From NCBI GenBank assembly GCA_948750055.1, contig CAPZVP010000002.1:30078-94077 (forward strand): a DNA stretch of 64,000 nucleotides. The letters run 5' to 3'. The stretch's first letter is position 1, and every line of letters starts with the position of its first letter. A program made the position numbers and the translations under genes. Origin of the DNA: an uncultured Lachnospiraceae bacterium. Its GTDB lineage: Bacteria; Bacillota; Clostridia; Lachnospirales; Lachnospiraceae. Below the pieces are notes generated by a model, which did no database searches, had not been told where the DNA came from, and saw nothing but the letters and a program-made list of their open reading frames with translations. This document shows, in pieces, positions 45,584 to 56,332 of the stretch.

Positions 45584-46966
45584 ATGATGAAATATATGAA
45601 AAAGTGGCAGACACAACAGAAGGCTGTGATTATTTTGTTGTTGTTTTATATTCCTTTTCATTTATGGCTGACTCCGGGATATTGGGATGATGCGGTCTTT
45701 GCAGGTGTTTTGGAGAAATATCAGTTTAATCTTGTACAATACACCATGGATCGTTATCTGACGTGGTCGTCAAGAATTTCCATTGAGTTGCTGATTCCAT
45801 TTTTGACATCTGCGCCGAATTTCGTCTGGAAGACTTTTAATCTTCTGATGATCATGCTATTGTATTTTGATTTGAGATGGACGCTAAAAGCAGTTGTAAG
45901 AATTGAGTCAGAAAAGGTGGATATTTGGTTGGCATTGCTGTTGTGTGCATATCCTTTTTCAACCATGGCACAGACGGGGTGGATTGCTACGACCATGAAT
46001 TATTTATGGGTGGTTGCTCTTGGATGGTATGTGATCAACAGACTGCTTAATACGGTATTGCAGCGAGATCGAGTGTCAAAGAAGGATTTTTTATTTGTCG
46101 GTCTGGCTGCTTTTTACAGTACAGCATTTGAATCCATGGCGGCAATTTTGTTGCTCATAACGATGGGAATTATTGTTTATTCATACAAGAAGAAGTACAA
46201 AATATCAGGACTTGTATGGATATGTATGGGAATAACAATTTTTATGTTGGTTTACATTTTTATGTGTCCAGGTAATCAACTTCGCCCATTGAAAGATGCC
46301 GAATTATGGATGCCCGATTATTATAGATTAACTTTTTTGGATAAGATCCGTGTAGGTATCGGTTCTGCCTTCATGCATTTTGTGTCGATTCCAAGTCCCA
46401 TATTTTTTGTGCTGAATTTGTCATTTCTTATTTTGGGGATACGAAGAGAGTGCTGCGCTGTAACAGGGAAGCGGCGGTCAGCCTGGGGATTATTGACAGC
46501 AGCCATTCCGATGATTTTGGATGTTGTATGGACATGTTATTTTCTGTTGAGTTATCTAAGAGGAGAGAGAACTGTCACATATCATGTCCCATCGGCCATT
46601 CCGGCAGGACAGGCTGAGATAATAGAACAAATTTTTTTGGTTCTTTCGGTAATAGCATGGTTTGGGAGTGTTATATATATCATGTTTCAGAATCTGCATA
46701 TTCAAAGATCAGTATGCATAACATGCATTTTGTTTTTGGCCTGTATTCCAGAGATTGCGGTTGGTATAACACCAACAGTATATGCATCCATCTTACGGAC
46801 GACAATATATTTATATATGGCGATGATCATAATGATCGTTGGTGTATGTTATGAGCTTGAAATGGACACGCAGAGAAAACTGCGCTTTATTTACAGCTTC
46901 TGCTTTGGATGCGGGATCTTTCTGAACGCCTGCCAGATTGCGCGGCATATTTTGCTCTACGGATAG
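45584..46966 (+). CDS. Polytopic membrane protein, GT-C/DUF6056-like
   Basis: WDD in first loop, RYLTWSSR, GWIATTMNYLW, CPGN motifs. Confidence 0.65.
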   Translation: MMKYMKKWQTQQKAVIILLLFYIPFHLWLTPGYWDDAVFAGVLEKYQFNLVQYTMDRYLTWSSRISIELLIPFLTSAPNFVWKTFNLLMIMLLYFDLRWTLKAVVRIESEKVDIWLALLLCAYPFSTMAQTGWIATTMNYLWVVALGWYVINRLLNTVLQRDRVSKKDFLFVGLAAFYSTAFESMAAILLLITMGIIVYSYKKKYKISGLVWICMGITIFMLVYIFMCPGNQLRPLKDAELWMPDYYRLTFLDKIRVGIGSAFMHFVSIPSPIFFVLNLSFLILGIRRECCAVTGKRRSAWGLLTAAIPMILDVVWTCYFLLSYLRGERTVTYHVPSAIPAGQAEIIEQIFLVLSVIAWFGSVIYIMFQNLHIQRSVCITCILFLACIPEIAVGITPTVYASILRTTIYLYMAMIIMIVGVCYELEMDTQRKLRFIYSFCFGCGIFLNACQIARHILLYG

Positions 46967-47042
46967 ACTGAATACGGAAGCAGGTCGATTAAAATTGAAA
47001 AAACTGATGTCTGAGGCAGGTATTTATTATTTGCAGGTCGTA

Positions 47043-47051
47043 TGGTATAAT
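47043..47051 (+). promoter_or_regulatory. Extended -10 promoter for epimerase operon
   Basis: TGGTATAAT upstream of 47102; weak -35 (TTTATT). Confidence 0.55.
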
Positions 47052-47101
47052 ACAGAAATACTATGTCTTTTCAGGAGAAGCAGGGAGGAAACCGTTGTAG
47101 G

Positions 47102-48034
47102 ATGAAGAAGTGCTTAGTAATCGGTGGGGCAGGTTTTGTGGGAACAAATTTGAGCATGAATCTTGCCGGAAAGGGATACGATGTGACGATTTGCGATTGT
47201 GTTGAGGGGTCAATGTGCTCTTCCCGAATACAGAATCTTAAATATATTAAATTGAACTATTTCAAACAGAAGATAGATGATGGGCTGTTAAGACAGCAGG
47301 ATATGGTGATATTGCTGATCAGCAGTGTGAATCCTGACAGTTCGATGGCGAATCCTGAAATATGTTATGATAAAGATATTATTAAAATGATAGAACTTCT
47401 GGAACAGATGAGGCGATGTGAAGTGAATCGTCTTGTTTTTGTTTCTTCCGGTGGAACAGTCTATGGTAATCAGAATATCGAAAAATTAAGGGAGGACATG
47501 CTGACCTATCCTATTAACCATTACGGAATCATGAAGCTCACGCAGGAAAAGATACTGCTGATGTATAATCAGCTGTATGGCATGGATAATGTTATTTTCA
47601 GATTAGCTAATCCTTACGGAGAAGGGCAGAGAAAGGCTTCCGGAGTTGGTGCGGTTACAGCATTCCTGCAGAATATTATGCATGGAGAGAAAATATATCT
47701 GTATGGTCAGGGAGAACCGGTAAGAGATTATATTCATATTGACGATGCAGTGGAGATGATGCGCCTGTGTCTGGAAAAACGTAGTGTTGGAAGTAAAGAG
47801 GCGCTTTATAATGTTGGTACAGGAGAAGGAAACAGTATTCTTGAAGTTATGAGGATGGCGGAAAAGATAACTGCCAGAAAGGCAGACGTTGTCTATCTGG
47901 GAACAAGAGAATTCGATGTAGCAAGAAATGTACTTGATATAGGAAGAATCTGTTCAGTGATCGGGGATTACGAATGCTTGAATCTGGAGCTGGGAATGAA
48001 AAGGTACTATGAGAGCCTAAGGAGAATAATGTGA
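47102..48034 (+). CDS. NAD-dependent epimerase/dehydratase (extended SDR, UDP-hexose 4-epimerase-like)
   Basis: GGAGFVG, SSGGTVYG, YGIMK (YxxxK), RDYIHIDD; GGGAGG RBS. Confidence 0.9.
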   Translation: MKKCLVIGGAGFVGTNLSMNLAGKGYDVTICDCVEGSMCSSRIQNLKYIKLNYFKQKIDDGLLRQQDMVILLISSVNPDSSMANPEICYDKDIIKMIELLEQMRRCEVNRLVFVSSGGTVYGNQNIEKLREDMLTYPINHYGIMKLTQEKILLMYNQLYGMDNVIFRLANPYGEGQRKASGVGAVTAFLQNIMHGEKIYLYGQGEPVRDYIHIDDAVEMMRLCLEKRSVGSKEALYNVGTGEGNSILEVMRMAEKITARKADVVYLGTREFDVARNVLDIGRICSVIGDYECLNLELGMKRYYESLRRIM

Positions 48035-50205
48035 TGTTTATTTTGCCGGTAATTGCTTATCTGCTGTTCTTAACGATGTACTTTCATAAGAGAAGAAACG
48101 TAGTGGAATCAATCGCGGTGGCGTGGCTTTTTATTACTCTGTATACGTGGGTGATCATGGAGATATCCAGTGGTTTTGGGATTTTGGGGACACCTGTGGT
48201 ATTGTTTTTCTGGAGCGTTCTGAGTGTTGTGTTGGCAGGTTATGTTATCAGAAAGAATATAGGGAAAGCAGTGCTGGAGTACTGTAAAAAAGAGAAGAAG
48301 ATTCACGACTTCTGGCAGGAGAACAGGGTAAATTTGACATGCATGATGCTGTTTTGTTCCATGATCTGCCTGCTTTCTGTTTTGAGAGGACAGAATCTGA
48401 TCGATAACTTATATCACAGACTACCTAAGATCATGCACTGGATTCAGGATGGAAAAGCAGGGTATTTTGCGACAGTAACGCCGGCAGAAATACAGTATAC
48501 AAAATTGACTGAGTATATGATTGCCCAGATTTATTTGTTGAAGGGATCGGATAGAATCATCAATCTCGTACAGGCGGGAGCATATGTATGCTCCTTAGGC
48601 TGTCTGTATGGAATCAGCAGGAAGATAGGGGCTTCACGAAAATTTGCGATGCTGTCGGCGTGGATATACTGCTTAACACCAATGGTCATTATTGAGGTAT
48701 TTACTGCACAGACGGATGTTGTCGCTGGAGCGTACCTTTTTATCTTTATTTATATACTGTTAGATTTTGTACAGGTTGAGAAGCTTTCTATGAGCAGAGA
48801 AGAGGGATTGTCTGCAGTTTACCTGTCTGCCAGTGTTATGTTTGGTTACCTGACAAAACCGACAGTCTGTTTTGCAATGGTGGTTTTCTTTGTATGGATG
48901 TGTTTTGTGCGGATAATCAGAAGAGACAGGATTCAGGTACTGTTGCAGTATGTGGTGATTGGAGCAGTGGCAGCTGGCGTACTGTTTCTGCCGGATATCT
49001 TGAGGACCTATCAGTATGTTCATATGCCAAATTCTCAGTATGTTGAAGATGCTGCTGGTGCAGCAGCGGAGAAGGTAGAGATGACAGCAGATTCTGGTGA
49101 ACATGAAGAATCGGCTGATGGACCTACAGTTTGGGTTGATATGAAAAACAGTGTTGAGATTGCCATGGATACATCCGGAGCAGGAGGGGATATGACGCTG
49201 CCGGTAGTTGCATCTTCATCTTCAGAAGTGACCGAAGATCAACGAGTCGATAACACTTCTGAGGTTGATAGAGTAGCTTCAGGAATTCTGGATCCTAAGG
49301 AATTTATTATAGTGGCGATTAGAAATCTTGCTGCTAATGCAACCAGCAGGTGCTTTCCCAAAATAAATGATCTGATAGTGCGATTTGTAGAAAAGTGTGA
49401 GTCCGCACTTAACTATGAGGGTGGATATCGTTATTTTCGTGTTATGCTTGGAGAGAATCTTGGAGAGACGAGCGAACCGAGTCCAGCCATTATGTACTTT
49501 CTGCTGGCGGTCTGGATCTGCGTGATCAGCAGGCTCAGCAGAATCAGAAAAGCACAGTTTGTATATTTGTTGCTTGCGACTATAGCATTGATTATCCAGG
49601 CGGGACTTATGGGTTATACTTGGTATCGGCAGCGATACCTTCTTGGTGTCATGGGCATATTGTGTCCGGCATTTGCAGTGGTAGTGGAAAATATATCGAT
49701 TAGTGTCAGGGCACGGCTGAATCTTGCGGTTGCAATGACTGCCGTGTGCAGTTTGGGAGCGGCAAATGCGCTGAGCTTTGAGATTCCCTATACAGTTTTT
49801 GGGTTTCAGGGAAAGGAAATTCATAAATATTTTATCCATGACAGCGATACAGAACTATATTATCAGCTTATGCTGGATTATATCAACGAACATGGTTATC
49901 GAACGGCGGGCATGCTTGGTGTTGTTTCGTATGAGTACGTTCTCTGGCAGGGAATAGATGAGTTGGAACGTTTAGAGCATGTAGGAGTAAATCCGGTTTA
50001 TTTTGAAGCGGCTAAACTGGAGGATAAAGAGTTCATACCGGAGTGCATTATAGAAGAGATACCGGGAGACTTTGTTTTAGATGAATTTATATATATACAT
50101 GAAATGCCGTATATATGTGACTGGAAAGCGACGGATAAAAATGGAAGAAATTATGCAGTTTTAATACCGTACGCGGTGTATGAAGAACAAAATGCTGTGC
50201 ATTAG
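48031..50205 (+). CDS. Polytopic GT-C (ArnT/GT39-like) membrane protein
   Basis: DNLYHRLPKIMHWIQ loop, AQTD, LTKPT, QRY; long acidic Ser/Ala-rich insertion. Confidence 0.6.
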   Translation: MMFILPVIAYLLFLTMYFHKRRNVVESIAVAWLFITLYTWVIMEISSGFGILGTPVVLFFWSVLSVVLAGYVIRKNIGKAVLEYCKKEKKIHDFWQENRVNLTCMMLFCSMICLLSVLRGQNLIDNLYHRLPKIMHWIQDGKAGYFATVTPAEIQYTKLTEYMIAQIYLLKGSDRIINLVQAGAYVCSLGCLYGISRKIGASRKFAMLSAWIYCLTPMVIIEVFTAQTDVVAGAYLFIFIYILLDFVQVEKLSMSREEGLSAVYLSASVMFGYLTKPTVCFAMVVFFVWMCFVRIIRRDRIQVLLQYVVIGAVAAGVLFLPDILRTYQYVHMPNSQYVEDAAGAAAEKVEMTADSGEHEESADGPTVWVDMKNSVEIAMDTSGAGGDMTLPVVASSSSEVTEDQRVDNTSEVDRVASGILDPKEFIIVAIRNLAANATSRCFPKINDLIVRFVEKCESALNYEGGYRYFRVMLGENLGETSEPSPAIMYFLLAVWICVISRLSRIRKAQFVYLLLATIALIIQAGLMGYTWYRQRYLLGVMGILCPAFAVVVENISISVRARLNLAVAMTAVCSLGAANALSFEIPYTVFGFQGKEIHKYFIHDSDTELYYQLMLDYINEHGYRTAGMLGVVSYEYVLWQGIDELERLEHVGVNPVYFEAAKLEDKEFIPECIIEEIPGDFVLDEFIYIHEMPYICDWKATDKNGRNYAVLIPYAVYEEQNAVH

Positions 50206-50231
50206 GGCGAAGGATGTTAAGGAGTTTACCG

Positions 50232-52037
50232 ATGAAAAGTCTGTTACACGATGTGGACACATTCATAATGACGATCAGACAGTTGTTAAGCCTGCTAACG
50301 CTGAAGCAGCGGAAGCAGGCCATAGGTGTATTTGTTTTGGTGGTAATAGGCGCAGCTTTTGAGACTCTGGGGGTGGCAGCAGTACTGCCGTTTATCTATG
50401 CAGTGCTTGATACTGAGCAGTTGTGGGGAAACAGTTATATCGTGATGTTTGCGGATGCTTTCGGAGTTAACACAGATGCCGGGCTGATCATAAGTCTTGG
50501 CGTATTGATTGGTATATTCTATGTGTTTAAGAACCTGTTCATGATGTTCATTTCTTATATGGAAAATAAATTCAAGGCAAACTTTGCATATGAATTGTCC
50601 AAGTTAATGCTCCATAGTTATATGAAGAGACCCTATATCTATTTTTTGGGTACAAACAGCGCGGAGATGATTCGTGGCTTAAATGATGATATCAACAGTA
50701 TCAATGATATGATGACAGCATTGTTCAAAATCTTCTCAATTGCATTTATGATGGTCGGTATTGGTGTATTTCTGGTGGTACAGGAACCAGTCATGGCATT
50801 GGGGATAGGTGTGCTGGCAGTAGTGATTTTTATACTGATCGTATTTGTTATTAAGAAAAAGATCCGAGAACTGGGCAAGCTAAAGATTTTGTATGCCACG
50901 GAAGCCTATAAATATGCGTATCAGGCGGTAAACGGGATCAAAGAAATTTCTATCATGAAAAGGGAGGATTATTTCCTTGACAGTTATACGAGCGTGACTT
51001 CTAAGAAAAAAGAGGCGGATATTGTTTATAATAGTATTTCCGTATCACCAGAGAGAATTGTGGAAGCTGTATTTGTCTGTGGTATTGTGGGAATTGTGTG
51101 TATACAGGTTGGGGCTGGAAGCATGACGACGACTTTGATCACGAATCTTGCAGCTTTTGCAGTGGGAGCCATGAGGATTATGCCATCTTTGTCTACAATG
51201 ACCACCAGAATGACACAACTTATGTATCTTCGTCCGGCGCTGAGTGGTATTTGCAATAATATAGAGGCGGCCAGAAACCAGGAAAAAATGCTGCTTAAAA
51301 TGCAGTCTTCCATTGATAATAGAGAGCATACGCAGGAGTTTTGTAATGAGGTTGTAATAAAGGAAATTGACTGGAGGTATCCAAATACTGATATGTATAT
51401 TTTGAAGGATACCGGTTTTAACATTAAAAAAGGAGAATGTATTGCGCTGGTCGGCAGATCAGGAGCCGGGAAAACGACGTTGGCAGACATACTGCTGGGA
51501 CTGTTGCGACCGGAAAAGGGCAGGGTTTTTCTGGATGGAATAGACATTTTTACAATACCTTATGCATGGAGTAAGATTATAGGGTATGTGCCTCAAACAG
51601 TGTACCTGATTGACGATACGATTCGTAATAATGTGGCGTTCGGTATCGATGCGGAGAGTGTGGAGGATACTAAAATATGGAATGCTTTGGAGAAAGCGCA
51701 GCTGAAAGAATTTGTGGAAGCGTTGCCGTTTAAGCTGGATACGATCATCGGTGAACGGGGTGTTAAGTTTTCAGGCGGACAGCGACAGCGTATTGCCATT
51801 GCCAGAGCGCTGTATCACGACCCGGAGATCATGGTGTTCGATGAAGCCACAGCAGCTTTGGATGGTGAAACAGAGAATGCAGTCATGGATGCGATCATTA
51901 GACTTCGGGGAGAGAAGACGTTGATCATTATTGCGCACAGGCTTAATACGATCAGCCATTGTAATCGGTTCTATGAAGTTGGAGAACAGAAAGTGACAGA
52001 GAAGACGAGGGAGGAAGTTCTGGGAGATGAAAAGTAA
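50232..52037 (+). CDS. ABC half-transporter, PglK/Wzk-like lipid-linked oligosaccharide flippase
   Basis: TMD + GRSGAGKTT, FSGGQRQR, VFDEATAALD; AGGAG RBS before ATG 50232. Confidence 0.88.
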   Translation: MKSLLHDVDTFIMTIRQLLSLLTLKQRKQAIGVFVLVVIGAAFETLGVAAVLPFIYAVLDTEQLWGNSYIVMFADAFGVNTDAGLIISLGVLIGIFYVFKNLFMMFISYMENKFKANFAYELSKLMLHSYMKRPYIYFLGTNSAEMIRGLNDDINSINDMMTALFKIFSIAFMMVGIGVFLVVQEPVMALGIGVLAVVIFILIVFVIKKKIRELGKLKILYATEAYKYAYQAVNGIKEISIMKREDYFLDSYTSVTSKKKEADIVYNSISVSPERIVEAVFVCGIVGIVCIQVGAGSMTTTLITNLAAFAVGAMRIMPSLSTMTTRMTQLMYLRPALSGICNNIEAARNQEKMLLKMQSSIDNREHTQEFCNEVVIKEIDWRYPNTDMYILKDTGFNIKKGECIALVGRSGAGKTTLADILLGLLRPEKGRVFLDGIDIFTIPYAWSKIIGYVPQTVYLIDDTIRNNVAFGIDAESVEDTKIWNALEKAQLKEFVEALPFKLDTIIGERGVKFSGGQRQRIAIARALYHDPEIMVFDEATAALDGETENAVMDAIIRLRGEKTLIIIAHRLNTISHCNRFYEVGEQKVTEKTREEVLGDEK

Positions 52038-53121
52038 GAAGCCTTTTGAATCTGTATGCTTAGGGGATGCGTCTGAACAGGCGTATGAAGGTGTAGAAGT
52101 ACAGGTTATGGTCACCTGTTATAACTATGGTAAGTATATTTCAGATTGCCTGGATGGTATTTTTATGCAGAAATGCAATTTTCCGTTTAAGGTTGTTGTG
52201 TTCGATGATGCTTCAAAGGATGATTCATGGAAGGTGATTCAGACATATCAAAAAAAATACTGTGATCGGATGATTGCGTTTCGTGCAGTAGAGAACACGT
52301 ATCAGAATGGGGAGACCAACGGTGGACTGATTGAAGTCGGCCTTTTACCGAGAACAAAATATATTGCGTTTTGTGAAGGAGATGATTATTGGACGGATCC
52401 GGAAAAACTGCAGAGACAATATGATGCGTTGGAAAGTCATCCGGAGTGCAGTCTCTGTGTGTGTGATGTGGAATTATATGATGTATTTAATGACCGCCGG
52501 ATTGGTATGGCGCCGGAAGGGTATAAGAGTTTCTGGTCCAGAGATGAAATTATTACCAGAATATTAACTTATCGGCTGAGTTTCCGGGAGAACAGTATTT
52601 TTGGCAGGGCTGAAAGTCTGTATGGAGAGAACTTTTCAGATGGATTTTGGAATTACTGGGCTTGTGATTTAACGAAACTATTACATTTTCTGTTGCATGG
52701 GGAGCTGATTCATATTTCCAGAAACATGACCAGAAAGAGAGTGAATAATAAGGGCAGTATTTCCTATACTTCCAATGTCGGAAAGGACATTATTCGATGG
52801 CAGATCAAGGAGTATGAAGAGGATATTGCCTGGATTAGAAATTTTGATGAGATTACGGATCATAAGTATAGTGATATGGTTGGGTACTATATTGCTTTCA
52901 GAGAGATTAAGCTGTACTATCTTAATAGAGGTGAGTTGGAAAAGAACCGACTGGTGTCTAATATGAATGGAAAGATGCATGAGAATGCATTATGCAGGAA
53001 AGCGAATAAGATTTATACGCGGATGGTTAGGAACAGATATCAGGATGATGAGTATGGGTTCGTGAAGGTGTCGAGGAGGTGGATGGAAAGGGAGTTGAGG
53101 AAAGTGGCAGGGAAGGGATGA
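52027..53121 (+). CDS. GT2 family glycosyltransferase
   Basis: TCYNY, FDDASKD, YIAFCEGDDYWTD..KLQ. Confidence 0.88.
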   Translation: MKSKKPFESVCLGDASEQAYEGVEVQVMVTCYNYGKYISDCLDGIFMQKCNFPFKVVVFDDASKDDSWKVIQTYQKKYCDRMIAFRAVENTYQNGETNGGLIEVGLLPRTKYIAFCEGDDYWTDPEKLQRQYDALESHPECSLCVCDVELYDVFNDRRIGMAPEGYKSFWSRDEIITRILTYRLSFRENSIFGRAESLYGENFSDGFWNYWACDLTKLLHFLLHGELIHISRNMTRKRVNNKGSISYTSNVGKDIIRWQIKEYEEDIAWIRNFDEITDHKYSDMVGYYIAFREIKLYYLNRGELEKNRLVSNMNGKMHENALCRKANKIYTRMVRNRYQDDEYGFVKVSRRWMERELRKVAGKG

Positions 53122-53263
53122 TATTTTTTAATTAGAATACAAAGAACAGAGTCATGAGGTGAATTATGGGTGGTACAAAATGGAGTTACAGTTCTGAATA
53201 GACTAGCCTAAATGTTAAATTTAAAGGACGAGATATAGGCACAGTAAAAAGGATTGATATAAT

Positions 53264-54742
53264 ATGAAAAAAATTAAAGCAGTAAACTGGATGATTATAG
53301 TAGGTATCGTAGTAATGTGCATGCCTATGGTAGTGTGTACACTCTATACCTATCCGGTTCAAGATGACTTCTTTAATACATGGAATGTACGTCAAGTCAT
53401 GCAGGAGGGGCATTCTGCTTTTGGGGCTGCATTTTTAATGGCAATAAGGGGGTGGAGTGGTTATAGTGGATATTATTTTTCGCTTTTCTTAACTTATTAT
53501 ACTGATGCAGTAGTTCAGTGTAGTATAGGGGGGATTCGGGCTTGCCAGTTCTTGATGGCGATATGTTTCTATTTATCGGTTTTTTTGTTGATAAAAACAA
53601 CTATAGTAAGAGTTTTTAAATACGACGATCGATATTTGCCACAGATTGTTTTTCTTTTTTTTGTATGTCTTACGAGTATGTACTATTTTGTGGAACATGA
53701 GGACTTCTTATGGTTTTGCGCTTCTGTTATTTATTTAATTCCTATGATATTTATTTTCGTAGGAATTATTTGCATGATTTATGTGTTGGATACAGAAAAG
53801 TATAGATATCTTATAATTCCAATGTTATTAGGATTCTTGTCGGGTGGAGCTGTTTTGAACATAGCGGCTTTTGGGTGTATTGTTTATATTATGACGGCAT
53901 ATTGGGGAATTGTTATCAAGAGGAGGATTATGGCGTCTGTTTGCATGTGTATACCTATGCTGCTTGCTGGTATCATTAATTTGATAGCACCAGGGAATTT
54001 TATACGAAGGGGAAAACCTTTAACTGGTGAGGAGATATTAAGCACTGCCATTGGAACATATCACTATGTCCTAAGCCGGGTTAAGATGTTTTTGCTCCAT
54101 TACCCATTGTTTACAGCAGTGCTCATTGCTTTGATCGTTATTTTATTCTTGTGGAAGCCCAAAAATTTAAATTATAAATTTTACGTTCCACTCCTCTTCA
54201 CTTTCATGATGTTCCTTGCAGTGTGGATTGTGATTTTTCCTGTAGCATTAGGCTACGGAATGAATATTTATTATATGATGGAACGTAGCAATTTTGTTTC
54301 TGACTTTGTTATTTTTTTAGCTGCTTTTTTAACGATTTTTTATTGGAGAGGATGGATGGCAGTCAAGTTTTCAAAAGTCAATATTAAAGAAAAGTATGAA
54401 CCAGCAGCTATATTACTTATATTTTTGATTTTTATGATCAGTATTATCATGTCAGTTAGGATGGATCATATTGCTTCTCTTAGAATTTATAGAGAACTCA
54501 TAGGAGGCGAAATTCCTGCTTATGCCCAGTGGAATGTATCGGTTATAGAGAAAATAGAGGATGCGGTCGAAAGAGCAGGAGAGGGAGACAGCATCGAAAT
54601 TCAAGTCAATAAGATGGAAGATAACGTATGCTTGATTAATCCCAAATTTTGGTATGGTTATTATGACCCTGATGTAGAATTTGCTAATGGCTCATTGGCT
54701 CGTTTTTACGGAGTGGACACTGTATATATATATGATGAATAG
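53264..54742 (+). CDS. Polytopic membrane protein, GT-C/DUF6056-like
   Basis: QDDF in first loop, WFCAS..Y, APGN..R, C-terminal ARFYG; distant paralog of 9517. Confidence 0.65.
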   Translation: MKKIKAVNWMIIVGIVVMCMPMVVCTLYTYPVQDDFFNTWNVRQVMQEGHSAFGAAFLMAIRGWSGYSGYYFSLFLTYYTDAVVQCSIGGIRACQFLMAICFYLSVFLLIKTTIVRVFKYDDRYLPQIVFLFFVCLTSMYYFVEHEDFLWFCASVIYLIPMIFIFVGIICMIYVLDTEKYRYLIIPMLLGFLSGGAVLNIAAFGCIVYIMTAYWGIVIKRRIMASVCMCIPMLLAGIINLIAPGNFIRRGKPLTGEEILSTAIGTYHYVLSRVKMFLLHYPLFTAVLIALIVILFLWKPKNLNYKFYVPLLFTFMMFLAVWIVIFPVALGYGMNIYYMMERSNFVSDFVIFLAAFLTIFYWRGWMAVKFSKVNIKEKYEPAAILLIFLIFMISIIMSVRMDHIASLRIYRELIGGEIPAYAQWNVSVIEKIEDAVERAGEGDSIEIQVNKMEDNVCLINPKFWYGYYDPDVEFANGSLARFYGVDTVYIYDE

Positions 54743-54803
54743 GGGATTGAGTAATAGTATTTAATCCATAAAAGGGAAGGCAAACGGTTTAGAGAACAAA
54801 AGG

Positions 54804-55754
54804 ATGGAGAAAGTAATGAAGATATCATTGGTTATTCCAATTTACTATAATCAGGATAATTTAAGGCCTCTTTATAAGGATATACAGGAGAAGTTATATT
54901 CATGTTCAGAATATGAATGGGAGATTGTCATGGTAAATGACGGCTCTGCGGATGGAAGCTATCGGGTTATGCAGGAACTTGCGTCACAGGATTCACGGAT
55001 AAAAATAATCAGTCTGTCACGTAATTTTGGTTCTCACGCAGCAATATTGTGTGGACTTTCCAAATGCAGTGGAGATTGTGCAGTTGTTAAGGCAGCCGAT
55101 CTGCAGGAACCGACTGAACTGGTCTTGGAAATGGTAGAACATTGGAGAAAGGGATATAATGTAGTGTTGGCAGTCAGAAAAGAGAGGGAGGAAAGTAAAG
55201 GACAAACCTTATTTGCAAATTTGTATTATACAATGGTACGAAAGATGATGTTAGGATCAATGCCAAAAGGTGGCTTTGACGTATACCTTGTGGATCGAAA
55301 GGTTATAAATGTTTTAACAGCATTAGATGAAACGAACAGTGCACTTACAGGACAAATATTATGGAGCGGATTCAGGACTGATAAAGTTTATTATACGAGG
55401 CTTGCACGTGAAATTGGTGAAAGTAAATGGACTTTGAGGAAAAAGATTAAGCTGGTTGCGGATACCTTATTCAGTTTTTCTACGTTGCCTGTAAAAGCAG
55501 TAACGTTGATTGGGTTTTGTTCTTTTGTTGGTTCTATTATTTGGGCTGTTGTGGAAGTGATCTGCAAATTAGCAGGTTTGATTGATGTAAGTGGTTGGAC
55601 GACACTTTTTATATTTAATTTATTTAGTTTTGGTGTGATTATGCTAACCATGGGTATATTGGGCGAATATATCTGGAGGACTTTTGATGCTTCAAGAAAT
55701 CGTCCACCATATATCATTGAAGATGAAAATCTAGAACAAAAGGAAGAACAGTGA
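54804..55754 (+). CDS. GtrB/ArnC-like GT2 undecaprenyl-phosphate glycosyltransferase
   Basis: NDGSAD, LSRNFGSH, AADLQEP, two C-terminal TM, GILGEYIWR..RP.YII. Confidence 0.9.
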   Translation: MEKVMKISLVIPIYYNQDNLRPLYKDIQEKLYSCSEYEWEIVMVNDGSADGSYRVMQELASQDSRIKIISLSRNFGSHAAILCGLSKCSGDCAVVKAADLQEPTELVLEMVEHWRKGYNVVLAVRKEREESKGQTLFANLYYTMVRKMMLGSMPKGGFDVYLVDRKVINVLTALDETNSALTGQILWSGFRTDKVYYTRLAREIGESKWTLRKKIKLVADTLFSFSTLPVKAVTLIGFCSFVGSIIWAVVEVICKLAGLIDVSGWTTLFIFNLFSFGVIMLTMGILGEYIWRTFDASRNRPPYIIEDENLEQKEEQ

Positions 55755-55755
55755 A

Positions 55756-56316
55756 ATGATAAAACTACGCAGATTGAAGATGGAAGACGCGGAAAACATG
55801 TTGGAATGGATGCATGATCCTGAAAATCAGAAAGGCTTTCGGCGGGATATGATGAGTATGACGTTGGAGGATGCAAGATATTTTTGTCTTGAGGTAAGCA
55901 GTGAGGCGTATAGTAAGCGAAATACAGATTTACACTTGGCAATAACAGATGAAACAGATGAATATCTTGGGACGATAAGTTTAAAAAATATTAATATGGA
56001 GCATCGTTCAGCAGAAATGGCAATCAGTGTGAGAAGGAAAGCAAGGGGACTGGGAGTGGCAAAAAAGGCTGTAGGTCTGTTGCTCCAGAAATCATTTGGT
56101 GAAATGGCACTTCATCGTGTTTATTTGACAGTGCTTTCAAATAATATAGTGGCTATCAAATTTTATGAAAAATGCGGATTTATTTATGAAGGAGAATTGC
56201 GGGATCATCTCTTTATAAAAGGAAATTATATTTCATGGAAGCTATATGGAATGATTGAGGATGAATATTCAGAGAGTATATTCTCAGAGATGACGCAAGG
56301 AAATAAAAAGGGTTGA
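55756..56316 (+). CDS. GNAT (RimJ/RimL-like) N-acyltransferase, probable NDP-aminosugar acyltransferase
   Basis: RGLGVA acyl-CoA motif, N..AIKFYEKCGF.EG; adjacent to sugar aminotransferase. Confidence 0.82.
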   Translation: MIKLRRLKMEDAENMLEWMHDPENQKGFRRDMMSMTLEDARYFCLEVSSEAYSKRNTDLHLAITDETDEYLGTISLKNINMEHRSAEMAISVRRKARGLGVAKKAVGLLLQKSFGEMALHRVYLTVLSNNIVAIKFYEKCGFIYEGELRDHLFIKGNYISWKLYGMIEDEYSESIFSEMTQGNKKG

Positions 56317-56332
56317 GAAGGGATGGGGTTGT

